Positions 18,054 through 28,864 are shown, counted from the stretch's first letter. The stretch is DNA of 64,000 nucleotides from Cyanobacteria bacterium P01_F01_bin.150 (GCA_039189765.1 JBCCYL010000018.1:1-64000), one strand, 5' to 3'. The notes: generated by a model not told the origin, from the sequence alone. Program-made: numbers and translations.

Positions 18054-19634
18054 ATGGATATGTCCACTCCATCCACCGCTACTGTATCACCAAGTCCTAA
18101 AGACTCAGTTGTGTCTCAAACGCCGCCTGACCTCCGGGTAACGGGGATGTCTAAACACTTTGGCACTTTGGTGGCTTTAGATAATGTGTCACTGCATCTA
18201 AAACCAGGGACCTTCCATGCTTTGCTGGGGGAAAACGGGGCTGGCAAAAGTACCCTGGTGAAGTGCCTGATGGGTTTTTATCGCCCCACAGCTGGGGAAG
18301 TTCATATTGATGGTCAGCCTGTGCGAATCACCAATCCCCATAATGCACACCAGTATGCCTTGGGTATGGTGTATCAGCACTTTACGTCTGTTCCTGCGAT
18401 GACCGTGGCGGAAAATCTGGTGCTGTCTCGACTGGATAGTTCAGTAGTGATTAATTGGAAACGGGAACGGGCCGCCCTGGAATCGTTTATGGCCCAATCT
18501 CCGTTTCAGGTGCCGTTGGATCGTCCTGTGGCCCAGCTAGCGGCGGGACAAAAGCAAAAGCTGGAAATTCTTAAGCAGCTATATCTCAACAGCCGTATCC
18601 TGATTTTGGATGAACCTACTTCGGTGCTGACGCCGGGAGAAGCGGATGAGGTGTTGGGGCTATTGCGGGAACAGGTGAATGCGGGGCAGCTAAGTGTGCT
18701 GATGATTTCCCATAAATTTCGGGAGGTGATGGCTTTTGCCGATAAAATTACCGTGCTGCGTCGGGGTCAGTTGGCGGGCCAAGGATACGTTAAGGATCTG
18801 ACGGTGGCCAAGATGGCTGAGATGATGATGGGAGAACGACAGACTCCTACACCGACAAATAAAGTAGCGTTTGCCTGCAGTGCTGGCCCAGCGTCAATTC
18901 TTGAAGTCGCGAACCTCCACGCCAATCAGGATAATGGAGTGGAGGCGGTAAAAGGGGTGAGCTTAACGGTTAATCGAAGTGAAATCGTTGGCATTGCAGG
19001 TGTGTCAGGTAATGGTCAGCGAGAGTTGGTAGAAGTATTGGCCGGACAGCGGCAGGCTACAGAGGGGGATGTGATGGTGAGGGGCGATCGCTACACCGCT
19101 ACCCGTGCCGAAATGGCAAAGCATCAGATTTTTATCTTACCCGAGGAGCCGTTACGCAACGCCTGTATGCCCCATATGACTGTGGCGGAAAATATGGCCC
19201 TCCGCACCTTTGATCAGCCGCCCCAGGCTAACGGATTTTTGCTGGCGTTAAAAGCCATTCGGGAGATGGCGATCGGGTTAATCCAACAGTTTTTGGTAAT
19301 GACCCCCTCTGAAGACACCCCCGTAAGTCATCTATCAGGGGGCAATATCCAGCGAACGGTACTGGCTCGGGAGCTGTCCTCTGATACAATCCAGCTACTG
19401 ATAGCCGCAAATCCCTGTTTTGGACTGGATTTTAATGCGGTGGATTTTATTCACACCGAGATTATCAATGCCCGTAATCGAGGAGTGGCAGTACTGCTGG
19501 TGAGTGAGGACTTGGATGAGTTGCTAAAGCTATCGGACCGAATTATGGTAATCAGCGAGGGTAAGCTGGTGTATGAGAGTGCGATCGCCGATGCTGACTA
19601 CACCCTCATTGGCCAACGAATGGCGGGGCATTAG
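18054..19634 (+). CDS. ABC transporter ATP-binding protein (two NBDs, sugar/nucleoside type)
   Basis: [31 protein letters not shown]; partner of the BMP protein and permeases at 4729-8202. Confidence 0.93.
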   Translation: MDMSTPSTATVSPSPKDSVVSQTPPDLRVTGMSKHFGTLVALDNVSLHLKPGTFHALLGENGAGKSTLVKCLMGFYRPTAGEVHIDGQPVRITNPHNAHQYALGMVYQHFTSVPAMTVAENLVLSRLDSSVVINWKRERAALESFMAQSPFQVPLDRPVAQLAAGQKQKLEILKQLYLNSRILILDEPTSVLTPGEADEVLGLLREQVNAGQLSVLMISHKFREVMAFADKITVLRRGQLAGQGYVKDLTVAKMAEMMMGERQTPTPTNKVAFACSAGPASILEVANLHANQDNGVEAVKGVSLTVNRSEIVGIAGVSGNGQRELVEVLAGQRQATEGDVMVRGDRYTATRAEMAKHQIFILPEEPLRNACMPHMTVAENMALRTFDQPPQANGFLLALKAIREMAIGLIQQFLVMTPSEDTPVSHLSGGNIQRTVLARELSSDTIQLLIAANPCFGLDFNAVDFIHTEIINARNRGVAVLLVSEDLDELLKLSDRIMVISEGKLVYESAIADADYTLIGQRMAGH

Positions 19635-19638
19635 GAAA

Positions 19639-20322
19639 ATGGTAACCATTCAGGCCCTTCCCTATCCCTACTTCTTTCCCGATAATCCCGCTCACCTGGC
19701 GCTGATAATTATCGATATGCAGCGGGACTTTCTGGAGCCCGGTGGCTTTGGCGAAGCCCTGGGCAATAATGTCGCTCGACTCCAGGCAATTGTGCCCACT
19801 CTCCAGCATCTGCTGACGACGTTTCGAATCCTGGACTTGCCGATTATTCATACTTTGGAATGTCACCAGCCCGATTTGTCTGATTGCCCACCCTCCAAAC
19901 GTAACCGAGGCGGCGAGACGGGGCTTAAAATTGGCGATTGCGGTCCCATGGGGCGCATTCTTATCCAAGGAGAACCAGGAAATGCCATCATCCCTGCCCT
20001 AACGCCTGTGCCAGGAGAATGTGTGATTACCAAACCCGGCAAAGGAGCCTTCTTTAATACTCCTCTGGAAGAATGGCTCAAAGCCAAAGGGATTACTCAC
20101 CTGATTTTCACTGGAGTCACCACCGAAGTCTGTGTGCAAACCACCATGCGTGAAGCCAACGATCGGGGCTACGAATGCCTTCTGGTAGAAGACTGTACGG
20201 AAAGCTACTTTCCAGAATTCAAACAGGCTACTCTGGATATGGTCCGTGTCCAGGGAGGAATTGTGGGATGGACCGCTTCCGCAGAATCCGTGCTGAAAGG
20301 AGTAATGGGATATGGCAGCTAA
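19639..20322 (+). CDS. trtA: Triuret hydrolase-like cysteine hydrolase
   Basis: [63 protein letters not shown] match the TrtA rather than BiuH pattern as recalled. Confidence 0.8.
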   Translation: MVTIQALPYPYFFPDNPAHLALIIIDMQRDFLEPGGFGEALGNNVARLQAIVPTLQHLLTTFRILDLPIIHTLECHQPDLSDCPPSKRNRGGETGLKIGDCGPMGRILIQGEPGNAIIPALTPVPGECVITKPGKGAFFNTPLEEWLKAKGITHLIFTGVTTEVCVQTTMREANDRGYECLLVEDCTESYFPEFKQATLDMVRVQGGIVGWTASAESVLKGVMGYGS

Positions 20323-21316
20323 ACCAACGTTTGTAAAGGCCAAGTTTATTCTGTTGGGCTTAACGATGGCCTTGCTTCTGAGTCCTCAGACGATTCGTGC
20401 GCTGCCAGAACAGGACCGAGCGCAAGCCGAACATGCCGAACGTACAGACGATGCGCTCCAAGTTCAATCAATTGCGAACTATTTTAGGAGTCGGTTGCCT
20501 ATTCCTCATTCGATGTCTCCCGCTACTGAAGTATCTGAAGCTCAAGCGATCGCCTACGCGGAATATCAGCGCGATCACTTTATTCTCGATTTGCTGCCAG
20601 AGTTTGGTCCTATTGTGGGCTACAAAGCCGCGTTAACCTCCCCCCCTGCCCAAGCCCGCTTTGGCATAAGCCAGCCTCTGCGGGGCACCTTACTCCATCA
20701 TATGCTGTTGGACTCTGGGGCCACTATTCCCAGTAACTTTGGTGCACGGCCTTTATTTGAACCGGATTTAATGGTGCGAGTTGGGTCTGCGGCCATCAAC
20801 AACGCAACAACTCGCCCAGAAGCTCTGGCAGCGTTAAAGTCTGTTATTCCTTTTATTGAACTGCCGGACATGATGTTTGCATCGGATGTAGAACTAGGAG
20901 TAACGGATTTAATTGCGGTCAATGTTGGAGCAAGACTGGGGGTTATGGGAAAAGAAGTTCCTTTGCACCCCTCTGCTTTATCCCCTCACCCAGATGGCCA
21001 AGATTGGGTTGATGGGTTGGGCAATATTGAGGTGACAATAATGGCTGGGTCCGCCGATGAAATTGACCAGGGTGGAGGAGAGGCGATCGCCTCCGGTAAC
21101 AGTCAAGCCCTGCTGGGGCATCCGCTAGATGCGGTGCTGTGGTTAGTGAAAGATTTGAAGCGATCGGGTCAGTGTCTGCGTCCTGGAGACCTTTTATCGT
21201 TGGGCAGCATTACCGCCCCTATGCCTGTCGTACCAGGGCAAACAATAGAGGCACGATATCAGGGGCTGGCGGAAGACATAAATACTGTACAGATTACCTT
21301 TGAGCCATTGCCCTAG
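20312..21316 (+). CDS. 2-keto-4-pentenoate hydratase-like (FAH superfamily) protein with N-terminal signal peptide
   Basis: [41 protein letters not shown]; hydrophobic N-terminus. Confidence 0.75.
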   Translation: MAAKPTFVKAKFILLGLTMALLLSPQTIRALPEQDRAQAEHAERTDDALQVQSIANYFRSRLPIPHSMSPATEVSEAQAIAYAEYQRDHFILDLLPEFGPIVGYKAALTSPPAQARFGISQPLRGTLLHHMLLDSGATIPSNFGARPLFEPDLMVRVGSAAINNATTRPEALAALKSVIPFIELPDMMFASDVELGVTDLIAVNVGARLGVMGKEVPLHPSALSPHPDGQDWVDGLGNIEVTIMAGSADEIDQGGGEAIASGNSQALLGHPLDAVLWLVKDLKRSGQCLRPGDLLSLGSITAPMPVVPGQTIEARYQGLAEDINTVQITFEPLP

Positions 21317-22029
21317 GGCGTTGTATCTTCCAGCCAATCAACCGGAACAAAGTCATTGAATAGATTATCGAACAAGCTTTGCTGAGGTGCATCGACCCGC
21401 AGCACAATTTTGTACTGGCCACCCAAATCACTAATGGATGGATATATACCATCCGTTCCTACACATTCCCTCGCAGTCTCTCCGACCACAAGGTTAATCT
21501 CGTAGGTGTCCGGTTCTGTATCGATTAGAGAACCATTAGCACTGTATAGCTGCAAATCATATTCCGTATTGATATCACCATTATTTTTAAACGTGACACA
21601 GGCTTCAAACTCATCATCTCCCCACCAGTCGTCTACTCGTTTAGCATCCACCGATACAATCTCGCCCGAAATACTGCGTCCATCTAGGACGATAAAGACT
21701 TCGCCTAAATTAGCCACTGAGCCATGGTAATAGTCTGCCAAGGTCTTACAGGCATCAACGGATAGCCCCGAAGATCCTGATTCGCAGATGGTATACATAT
21801 CATCTTTAAACTGGCGATCGCACTCAGCTTGTGAAACACTGGCGTCTTCGTAGCACAGATCATGACTATCGCAGGCAGATGAAAAAGGACCATCAGGAAT
21901 CAAAAAGCCAAATCCTTCAGGGCCACAGCCATTAGCCTGAGCATGGGAGGGCTGAGGCCCTTGCAATGAAGTAAATATAAATATTCCGGCCGCTAGGGAA
22001 AGCAACTTAACTCGAGTAGAAAAACGCAT
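21313..22029 (-). CDS. Secreted phospholipase A2-like protein with C-terminal beta-sandwich-like domain
   Basis: Signal peptide; NGCG, F..AC..HD.CY, CD..F..DM..IC PLA2-type motifs. Confidence 0.65.
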   Translation of the reverse strand: MRFSTRVKLLSLAAGIFIFTSLQGPQPSHAQANGCGPEGFGFLIPDGPFSSACDSHDLCYEDASVSQAECDRQFKDDMYTICESGSSGLSVDACKTLADYYHGSVANLGEVFIVLDGRSISGEIVSVDAKRVDDWWGDDEFEACVTFKNNGDINTEYDLQLYSANGSLIDTEPDTYEINLVVGETARECVGTDGIYPSISDLGGQYKIVLRVDAPQQSLFDNLFNDFVPVDWLEDTTP

Positions 22030-22609
22030 AGCTATCCTGACCTTTAATATTTAGCAGTATTAAACAGATTTGAACGCTAACTTAGCGGTTTGCAGCCAAA
22101 GACATCTTTTTCTCCATAAAAAATTAAGAATACGACGGATGACGCTTACTTAGCATGACTCCTATTAGGCCAGCAGTTTTATAGATTTCCTTAGAGCCAT
22201 GAATGCCTCCTGACCATAAGAATTGCCGATGAAGAGAGGCTAGATGTGCCAATTGTGCCCAAACTGTCCACTCATTTGGCTAGAACAGACCTATTGTTGA
22301 ATTAAGAGTGTAACTAAATCTAACGCTTTTCCTGATTAGGATTCAGCCCCGTCTAGGAAATTCTATGGATTTATGCCACCCCAAAAAGCGTCATGGAATC
22401 AGCAGCGGAAACCTAGGCAGATCCGGTGTAATAAAACTGTGCAAGGGACAAGTTAAGTCCACTGCCAATCTACCAACAACAAGCGATCGCCGGGGTGTTT
22501 CTCCTTCTCCTGCCGCTGTTGCAGTCATGTATTTTCCATCATGACGCGATCGCCTTCAATTAAATGCTCATACACTGCACAGTATCAACCACAAACACAG
22601 GTGAATAAA

Positions 22610-24391
22610 ATGACGACTACTACCATCGGAACCGAGTTTCAAGTTAACAGCGTTTTCGCAAAGGATCAGACCAACCCATCTATCGCTATGGACGCATCTG
22701 GTAAGGGCGTGATGGTTTGGGTTAGTGACGGGCAGGACACTAAGAAAGAGGGGATCTATGCTCGTCAGTTTGACGCTAACGGCAACTTAGGCAGCGAATT
22801 TTTGGTCAACTCCACCATCAGAAATGCTCAAACAAATCCCACGGTAGCAATTAATGATGACGGCACCTTCGTCATTGCCTGGGAAGATGAAAAGCTAGAC
22901 CAAGACGGCAGCGGCATTTTTGCTCAGCGCTACAGTGCAGATGCCTCCAAGCTAGGAACTGAATTCCGGGTCAACACCACAGTTGCGAAAGATCAGTCCG
23001 ATCCGGCGATCGCCATCGATGGCCTTGGCAACTTTGTTATTACTTGGGTCAGCAACAGACAAGACACTAGCAAAGATGGCGTCTATGCCCAACGCTATGA
23101 CAGCAACGGTAATCTGGTTGGCACTGAGTTTTTGGTGAACACAACCGTTGAAGATGCCCAGCGTAATCCGGCGATCGCAATGAACGCCAGTGGCGACTCC
23201 ATCATTGTTTGGGAAAGCAGCAACCAAGATAGAACGGGGCGCGGCGTTTACGGTCAGCGTTACGATAGCACCGGGGCTACAGTTGGCTCTGAGTTTCTGA
23301 TTAATACGGAAACAGGCCAAGATCAGGACAATCCCTCAGTGGCAATAGATGCCTTTGGCAATGTTGTAGTTGCTTGGGAAAGTTCAAATCAGGATGGTAG
23401 CGGAGTTGGTATCTACGCCCAACGTTACGACAGCCAAGGTAATCCTGATGGCAATGAATTCCGCGTTAACAGCGTCAACGATGGCAACCAAACCCGTCCA
23501 CAGGTAGACATGGATGGTGCAGGCAATTTCATTATTACTTGGGTTGATGACACCCAAGGTGAAGACGGTAGCGATATCTTTGGCCGCCAATACAATAATA
23601 AAGGAAAAGCTGTGGGCGATGAGTTCCAGGTGAATTCCACGACAACTAACGATCAGGATACTGTCGCATTAGCCATTAATGATGCAGGCAAAGCGTTTAT
23701 CGTCTGGGAAAGCGATGGCCAAGACACGGCTGGAGAAGGCATCTTTGGTCAGCGCTATGAAATTACTACCCAAGGTGTAACCGATCCCAACGTTGAGCCG
23801 ATTAAGGGCGATGGTCAAAACAACACCATCAACGGGACTGCTGAGGGTGACCGCATTCTAGCCAGAGGCGGTGATGACAAGGTCAATGGCGGTAACGGTG
23901 GCGACACCATCAAAGGGGGTGGAGGTAACGACAACATCCGGGGTGGCAAAGGCAACGATGACATTAAAGGAAATGGTGGTGCCGATATCCTCAATGGCAA
24001 CGGCGGTAGTGATGCCCTAAATGGTGGGGGCGGTAATGACAATATCAAAGGGGGCGGCGGCAACGACAACCTTATTGGCGGCAATGGAAACGACAACCTT
24101 GTTGGTGGCGGTGGTAAAGATACTTTGATTGGTGGCAAAGGCCAGGATACCTTGGTTGGCGGCGGCGGCGCCGATATCTTTGGTATCTTTGCGAACCAAG
24201 GACAAGATACTATTCAAGACTTCAATAGCAAGGTTGACTTGCTAGGGCTAGACAAAGGTCTAACATTTGGTGACCTTAGTTTTATTCAGCAAGGTAGCGA
24301 TACCCTTGTAGGCATTAATAATCAAGCCGCAGCCATTTTGAAAGGTGTTACTCCTGACGAAATTACTGAGGCTAATGTTACTAATCTGTAA
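22610..24391 (+). CDS. Surface/secreted protein: 7 x ~55-aa repeats plus RTX Ca2+-binding nonapeptides
   Basis: Seven G.EF.VN...Q..P.(I/V)A....G.F.I.W...QD....GIY.QRY repeats; many GGxGxD repeats; T1SS-type C-terminus. Confidence 0.85.
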   Translation: MTTTTIGTEFQVNSVFAKDQTNPSIAMDASGKGVMVWVSDGQDTKKEGIYARQFDANGNLGSEFLVNSTIRNAQTNPTVAINDDGTFVIAWEDEKLDQDGSGIFAQRYSADASKLGTEFRVNTTVAKDQSDPAIAIDGLGNFVITWVSNRQDTSKDGVYAQRYDSNGNLVGTEFLVNTTVEDAQRNPAIAMNASGDSIIVWESSNQDRTGRGVYGQRYDSTGATVGSEFLINTETGQDQDNPSVAIDAFGNVVVAWESSNQDGSGVGIYAQRYDSQGNPDGNEFRVNSVNDGNQTRPQVDMDGAGNFIITWVDDTQGEDGSDIFGRQYNNKGKAVGDEFQVNSTTTNDQDTVALAINDAGKAFIVWESDGQDTAGEGIFGQRYEITTQGVTDPNVEPIKGDGQNNTINGTAEGDRILARGGDDKVNGGNGGDTIKGGGGNDNIRGGKGNDDIKGNGGADILNGNGGSDALNGGGGNDNIKGGGGNDNLIGGNGNDNLVGGGGKDTLIGGKGQDTLVGGGGADIFGIFANQGQDTIQDFNSKVDLLGLDKGLTFGDLSFIQQGSDTLVGINNQAAAILKGVTPDEITEANVTNL

Positions 24392-24477
24392 GATTTCGTT
24401 GTCAATAGAGATGACATTGTCTGTCGGCGCAAGTTAGGCTTGAAGGGTCACCCAACCTTTAACCTTGAGTACCCTGA

Positions 24478-25413
24478 ATGTTTGCAACCTTCCAACGTCC
24501 TACTCTGGCTCAGAGCATCGCTGGCTCTTCTTTCCTCAACTTGTTTCCAAAATCTTTACTGACGACTTCCTCCACCGCTGTGTCCGCAGCGGTGGGTTTT
24601 CTTGCTATGGGGGTGATGGCAGCATTGCCCTCCCAGGCTCAAGAGTCAGACATGACGGGAGGAGATTTCAATCAATCAGCGGATCCGACCTTCTCAGCTC
24701 AAATTGATGCAGTTCAGGCCATTAATCCTTCTGAGCGCCTAGATCCCATTGGTAGTCCTCACCCATTGCCTTGGAACTGGGTTTTGGACGTCCAAAGTCT
24801 TAGCATGGAATCGGCTGCATCACAAATGTTCTACTACCGCAGTCCCGCATTGATGTCGCCGGACGGTGCTTATGCAACCTATGCGCGAATGCAGATCTTA
24901 CGGGTTGCCGATCCCCAGCTGTCGCAGGTGAACAGTCTTCTCTTTCTGGAAAATATGGAAACGGGGGAGATTCAGTTTATGACCGCCACTTCCCCGGAGA
25001 TGCGACATATCCTATTAAAGGGAGCCGATAGTCAACAGCCAGGGATGCTATCAATGCTAATGCCTATCTCTTGGTCAGAGGAGGGCGATCGCGTCTTGGT
25101 TCGTGCTTTTGAGTCTATTTTTAGTACAGATATTGCTGCAGACTACGCTATTATTTGGCACCAAACGCCAAATCAGGTGGAGCATGTTGTCCCTACGAAT
25201 GCAGAGTATAGCCATGCGGTACTGTTGGGCTGGAGTCAAACAAATCCAGATGAGGTGCTTTTTGAGGTTGGTAATTTGGGTGATGAAATCCGACCCCTAA
25301 TGGCCATGGTCGAAGCCGATGACTATTACATGGTTACGGCGGATAAACCGATTACCTATGGTCAGACAGCAGCAACTTTCTGGAATGGCCCCCAAACGGT
25401 TGCGATTGACTAA
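24478..25413 (+). CDS. Hypothetical exported protein
   Basis: 311-aa ORF, hydrophobic segment ending SQA, beta-rich body (DPIGSPHPLPWNW, SPDG, PISWS). Confidence 0.65.
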   Translation: MFATFQRPTLAQSIAGSSFLNLFPKSLLTTSSTAVSAAVGFLAMGVMAALPSQAQESDMTGGDFNQSADPTFSAQIDAVQAINPSERLDPIGSPHPLPWNWVLDVQSLSMESAASQMFYYRSPALMSPDGAYATYARMQILRVADPQLSQVNSLLFLENMETGEIQFMTATSPEMRHILLKGADSQQPGMLSMLMPISWSEEGDRVLVRAFESIFSTDIAADYAIIWHQTPNQVEHVVPTNAEYSHAVLLGWSQTNPDEVLFEVGNLGDEIRPLMAMVEADDYYMVTADKPITYGQTAATFWNGPQTVAID

Positions 25414-25415
25414 TC

Positions 25416-25496
25416 GGCTTGTATTTTAAGGAGGAGAACTGGGGCGTGGAGCGCCCCAGTTCTCCGTTAGATAATTTCCGGCTTAAGTTTTAAGTC
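25416..25496 (+). mobile_element. 81-bp double-hairpin dispersed repeat (family 1, copy A)
   Basis: GGCTTGTATTTTAAG-[stem-loop]-TTAGAT..GGCTTAAGTTTTAAGTC; same length and layout as 40138-40218 and 57004-57084. Confidence 0.75.
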
Positions 25497-25623
25497 TAAA
25501 TAGTGTGGACGCATCGTGTCCACACTATTTTTGTAAATATGCCACAGCATGACTAAGACCCTCTGCGCGGTATAGTCAAAAGAGGGGTGAAATGTTCAGC
25601 ACTACTGTTTTGGAGAACGACCC

Positions 25624-27357
25624 ATGCCAAGGAAGAAATCTACAACCAGTCGAACCACCAGCGGCAATACTAGGCGAACCGCTAGCCGCGCGGCCAGCAC
25701 TAAGAAGGGGACAAAACGGACCAAAACTGTAAACTCAGAGGCTGAACAACCAACTCCAAATTCGGTAAAAGCGGACAACCATGATACGGCTGCAACGGAA
25801 AAAGCCGTTGAGAAAAAAACGAGTGTGAAAAAAACGAGAAGGAAAACACAGACTAAAGCTAAAGTCTCCTCAAAAGCGACGGAAGCAGCGGTTGAAGCGG
25901 CAAAAGACGACGACAAAGTAAAAGAGGCTGATTTAGATTTAGAAGCAATAAATGACGCAAGTTTAGAGGCTACAGCTACGGTTAATGCCGTCATAGAATC
26001 TGTGAACGATGTGGAGGAAGCAGAGGAAGCAGAGGAAACTCATACTGTCGATGTTGTGGTTGATCAGCGATCGCCCGAACCTGATGAGAACCCCCAGCCC
26101 ATTCATCCCATGGCTGCAATGACGGCCCAACTGAATGAACCAATGGATGAAACGTTGGGTGATGAAGATGTGGACACCATTACCGTTAGTGTAATAGAGG
26201 CCACTGAAGATAAAACTGGCCATGATGAATCTGGAGACACATTAATAGAAGCAGAGGCAGAGGCAGAGGCAGAGACTGTAGACGTAATGGTAGAGATTGC
26301 TGTGGATGCGGTGGAAGTCAAAAACAGCAACTCCGGTCGAACCCTTTCTGGGCCAGTGGTAGATGAACTGAATGAAGCGATCGCCACCGCTCACCTTCAT
26401 GAGCGAGAGCTGGAAGCTCAAATTGAAGCGATTCAGGCCCATGAGAATCAACTCCAACAGCGGGTGGAAGATGCGGAAAATACGGCAAAACAGTTTACGC
26501 AAGAATTAGTCGCAGCAGAGCTTAGGGAAAATGCGCTCAAGCAAGAAATTGTTGAGTTAAAAAAAGCGTTAGCTGAGGTGAAAGACGAATCGAGCCGGAT
26601 TAAAACTCAAGCGATGCAGACCCAAGCCCAGCTCAATGACCAGGACAAAAATCAGAGGGAAATTCGTAAGCTGAAGGGAGAAGTTACTACCTTAAAAGGG
26701 GAATTAGACGAAGCTAAGCGCTACATTCTCCAGCTCACCGAACAACTCACTGCTGCTCAATTTGTCACCCAAACGCCACCTTCACCACAACCTACAGCGT
26801 CAACTCAACGCCAGGCATCTACGACATTCCCCCCCCCTCTGACTCAACGTGCTCCCCACACTCAGGTTGTCGCATCACCTCGCTCCCAACCCCGACGTCC
26901 AGCTCCTCGTCCCATTGCACCCATCGCATCGAAGGCTTCTACTCCCACTTCACCATCTGGTCTTCCCCAAATGCCTACAGAGCGCGTTGGTCGCTCAGCG
27001 CCCCTTTCACCTCAGCGATCGCCTAGTTCTTTGAGACCGGCCTACACCCGTCCTGGGTTTCCGGCTCCCCAGTCTCCCCCCACATCCCATCCAGGAACTC
27101 GTGGACAAGCCCGACCCATGCCGCCTTTAGAATCCATTACTCAAGACGGTAATCCATCCGGGACGGCTCAGTCCCCATCAAGTTCTAATCCTGCTAATTT
27201 GAACTCAACCCCACCCAATTCGGGCGCAATTATTCCCAAAAAATCATCTTCCATTGCTCGTCGGCGATCGCGCTATGATAGGCCCGGCATTGATGTAAAT
27301 ACCTCAGATTTGCCCCAGCCTAAAGTTTCAGATGCTGAAATTGGCTGGTTTGATTAA
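25624..27357 (+). CDS. Hypothetical protein: basic N-terminus, acidic linker, coiled coil, Pro/Ser-rich tail ending IGWFD
   Basis: 577-aa ORF after GGAG; heptad region from about aa 245 to 375. Confidence 0.75.
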   Translation: MPRKKSTTSRTTSGNTRRTASRAASTKKGTKRTKTVNSEAEQPTPNSVKADNHDTAATEKAVEKKTSVKKTRRKTQTKAKVSSKATEAAVEAAKDDDKVKEADLDLEAINDASLEATATVNAVIESVNDVEEAEEAEETHTVDVVVDQRSPEPDENPQPIHPMAAMTAQLNEPMDETLGDEDVDTITVSVIEATEDKTGHDESGDTLIEAEAEAEAETVDVMVEIAVDAVEVKNSNSGRTLSGPVVDELNEAIATAHLHERELEAQIEAIQAHENQLQQRVEDAENTAKQFTQELVAAELRENALKQEIVELKKALAEVKDESSRIKTQAMQTQAQLNDQDKNQREIRKLKGEVTTLKGELDEAKRYILQLTEQLTAAQFVTQTPPSPQPTASTQRQASTTFPPPLTQRAPHTQVVASPRSQPRRPAPRPIAPIASKASTPTSPSGLPQMPTERVGRSAPLSPQRSPSSLRPAYTRPGFPAPQSPPTSHPGTRGQARPMPPLESITQDGNPSGTAQSPSSSNPANLNSTPPNSGAIIPKKSSSIARRRSRYDRPGIDVNTSDLPQPKVSDAEIGWFD

Positions 27358-27403
27358 TCGTAAATTTTGGTACGAATTATTCAACCAACGTCCACTGCAA
27401 CAT

Positions 27404-28096
27404 ATGGATTCAAAATCATTTCAACCATCGCAACCCACAGACGATGCAAGCGGCTCAGCGTCTATCTCATCCCCACTAACGACAACTCAGTGGTTGGCTT
27501 GGGCTAGGGAAATAAAGGCGATCGCCCAAAATGGTCTTACCTATGCGGAAAGCCCTTTTGATGTTCAGCGCTATGGGCGACTCCAGGAATTAGCAGCGGA
27601 AATGCTAGCGAGTCAAACTAACCTGAATGACGAGCAAATCTTAGCTATTTTCCGCCACGAGACTGGATATGCGACGCCCAAAGTAGACGCGAGAGGGGTG
27701 GTTTTTAAAGACAATAAAATTCTATTGGTCCAAGAGCTAGACGGTGCATGGGCTTTACCAGGAGGATGGATTGATATAAACGAATCCCCTAGAGAGGCAG
27801 TAGTGCGCGAAATCTGGGAAGAATCGGGTTACAAGGTGCAACCAGTAAAGCTTTTGTCGGTTTTCGATCGCTCCAAACATCCCCACCAGCCCAAGCGCCC
27901 TTACCATCTGTATAAGCTTTTTATCCGATGTGAACTGACGGGTGGTAGCTCAACCACAAGCATTGAGACGACTGCAGTGGATTTCTTTGCAGAAGACAGC
28001 TTGCCACCTATTTCTATTTCACGAGTTACGCCTTGTCAAATTCGTCGTGCCTTCGAGCACTATCGAAATCCAGATTGGCCCACTGATTTCGATTAA
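27404..28096 (+). CDS. Nudix hydrolase with Nudix_N domain (YjhB-like)
   Basis: IAQNGLTY, GYATPKVD.RG, Nudix box GGWIDINESPREAVVREIWEESG. Confidence 0.92.
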   Translation: MDSKSFQPSQPTDDASGSASISSPLTTTQWLAWAREIKAIAQNGLTYAESPFDVQRYGRLQELAAEMLASQTNLNDEQILAIFRHETGYATPKVDARGVVFKDNKILLVQELDGAWALPGGWIDINESPREAVVREIWEESGYKVQPVKLLSVFDRSKHPHQPKRPYHLYKLFIRCELTGGSSTTSIETTAVDFFAEDSLPPISISRVTPCQIRRAFEHYRNPDWPTDFD

Positions 28097-28235
28097 GGGG
28101 TTTCATTTCAATGCGGACTATGCGAAAAGAATACTGATGAGCCCCTGCGTGCATATTTGCAAAATATTCGTTAAGATACTTAACATAATTTACAAAAGTT
28201 AATAATATTTTATGCAACGAGGAACGCTCATAAAA

Positions 28236-28733
28236 ATGTCGTTTACTGATGATCGAACCCTAACTCGACCCATAAAGCTGTTTGATGCTGTGTCAGCGGC
28301 GAGAAAAGCGTTTAACCAGCTTGCTACTGATGATAGATTGGGCCTGCTTCAGGTAGTTTATGAAAACATGGATGGTCCCATCAGTCCAGCGGCGACCGGT
28401 GCAGCACGTTTGCAGTTTGCCCAAGGTTTATTGACTAAGGTGAAGACATTGAGCCAGAGTGAGCAGTTAGATTTCATGCGAAATTTGACCGATTGCAGGG
28501 ACACGCCAATGACCCGGTCCTACGGTATTTTGACAAGAAATACTAAACTTGCATTTTGGTTTCAACTATCTGAAATGATGCGCTCTGGCACAGTACTTGG
28601 TGTGCCAAGTGACCATCAACTTTCCCAGGGTGCTCAAGAGGTTTTCGATATGATTGTCGCCCTGGAGTTTGGTCAGCGAATTTCCTTTCTGCGTCAAGTG
28701 GTAACAGATATGGGCTATGAGTCTCCTGAATAG
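28236..28733 (+). CDS. Helical carotenoid protein (OCP N-terminal-domain homologue)
   Basis: FNQL..DD.L.LL, PAA.GAARLQFAQGLL, TP.TR.YG.L..NTKLAFW.QL, Q.I.FLR..V..MG. Confidence 0.88.
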   Translation: MSFTDDRTLTRPIKLFDAVSAARKAFNQLATDDRLGLLQVVYENMDGPISPAATGAARLQFAQGLLTKVKTLSQSEQLDFMRNLTDCRDTPMTRSYGILTRNTKLAFWFQLSEMMRSGTVLGVPSDHQLSQGAQEVFDMIVALEFGQRISFLRQVVTDMGYESPE

Positions 28734-28767
28734 AGTTGCATTCTAAATCTGCCCTCCAGGCATCCAG

Positions 28768-28793
28768 GCATCGGATAACCCCGATGCTTTTTT
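28768..28793 (+). terminator. Rho-independent terminator
   Basis: GCATCGG-ATAACC-CCGATGC followed by T6. Confidence 0.7.
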
Positions 28794-28864
28794 ATAGCCC
28801 AATTCCGCTGTCAATTGTATACTCACTACTTTAAGGAATAAACAGTTCGCCGACTAGCTTGTCG

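Noticed and set aside
22330..22530. Possible riboswitch in the long leader of the RTX gene
   Set aside because: Only scattered resemblance to cobalamin-type motifs; no convincing conserved core. An Rfam/Infernal scan would decide
23815..24217. Pro-rich antisense ORFs
   Set aside because: Shadow frames of the Gly-rich RTX repeats
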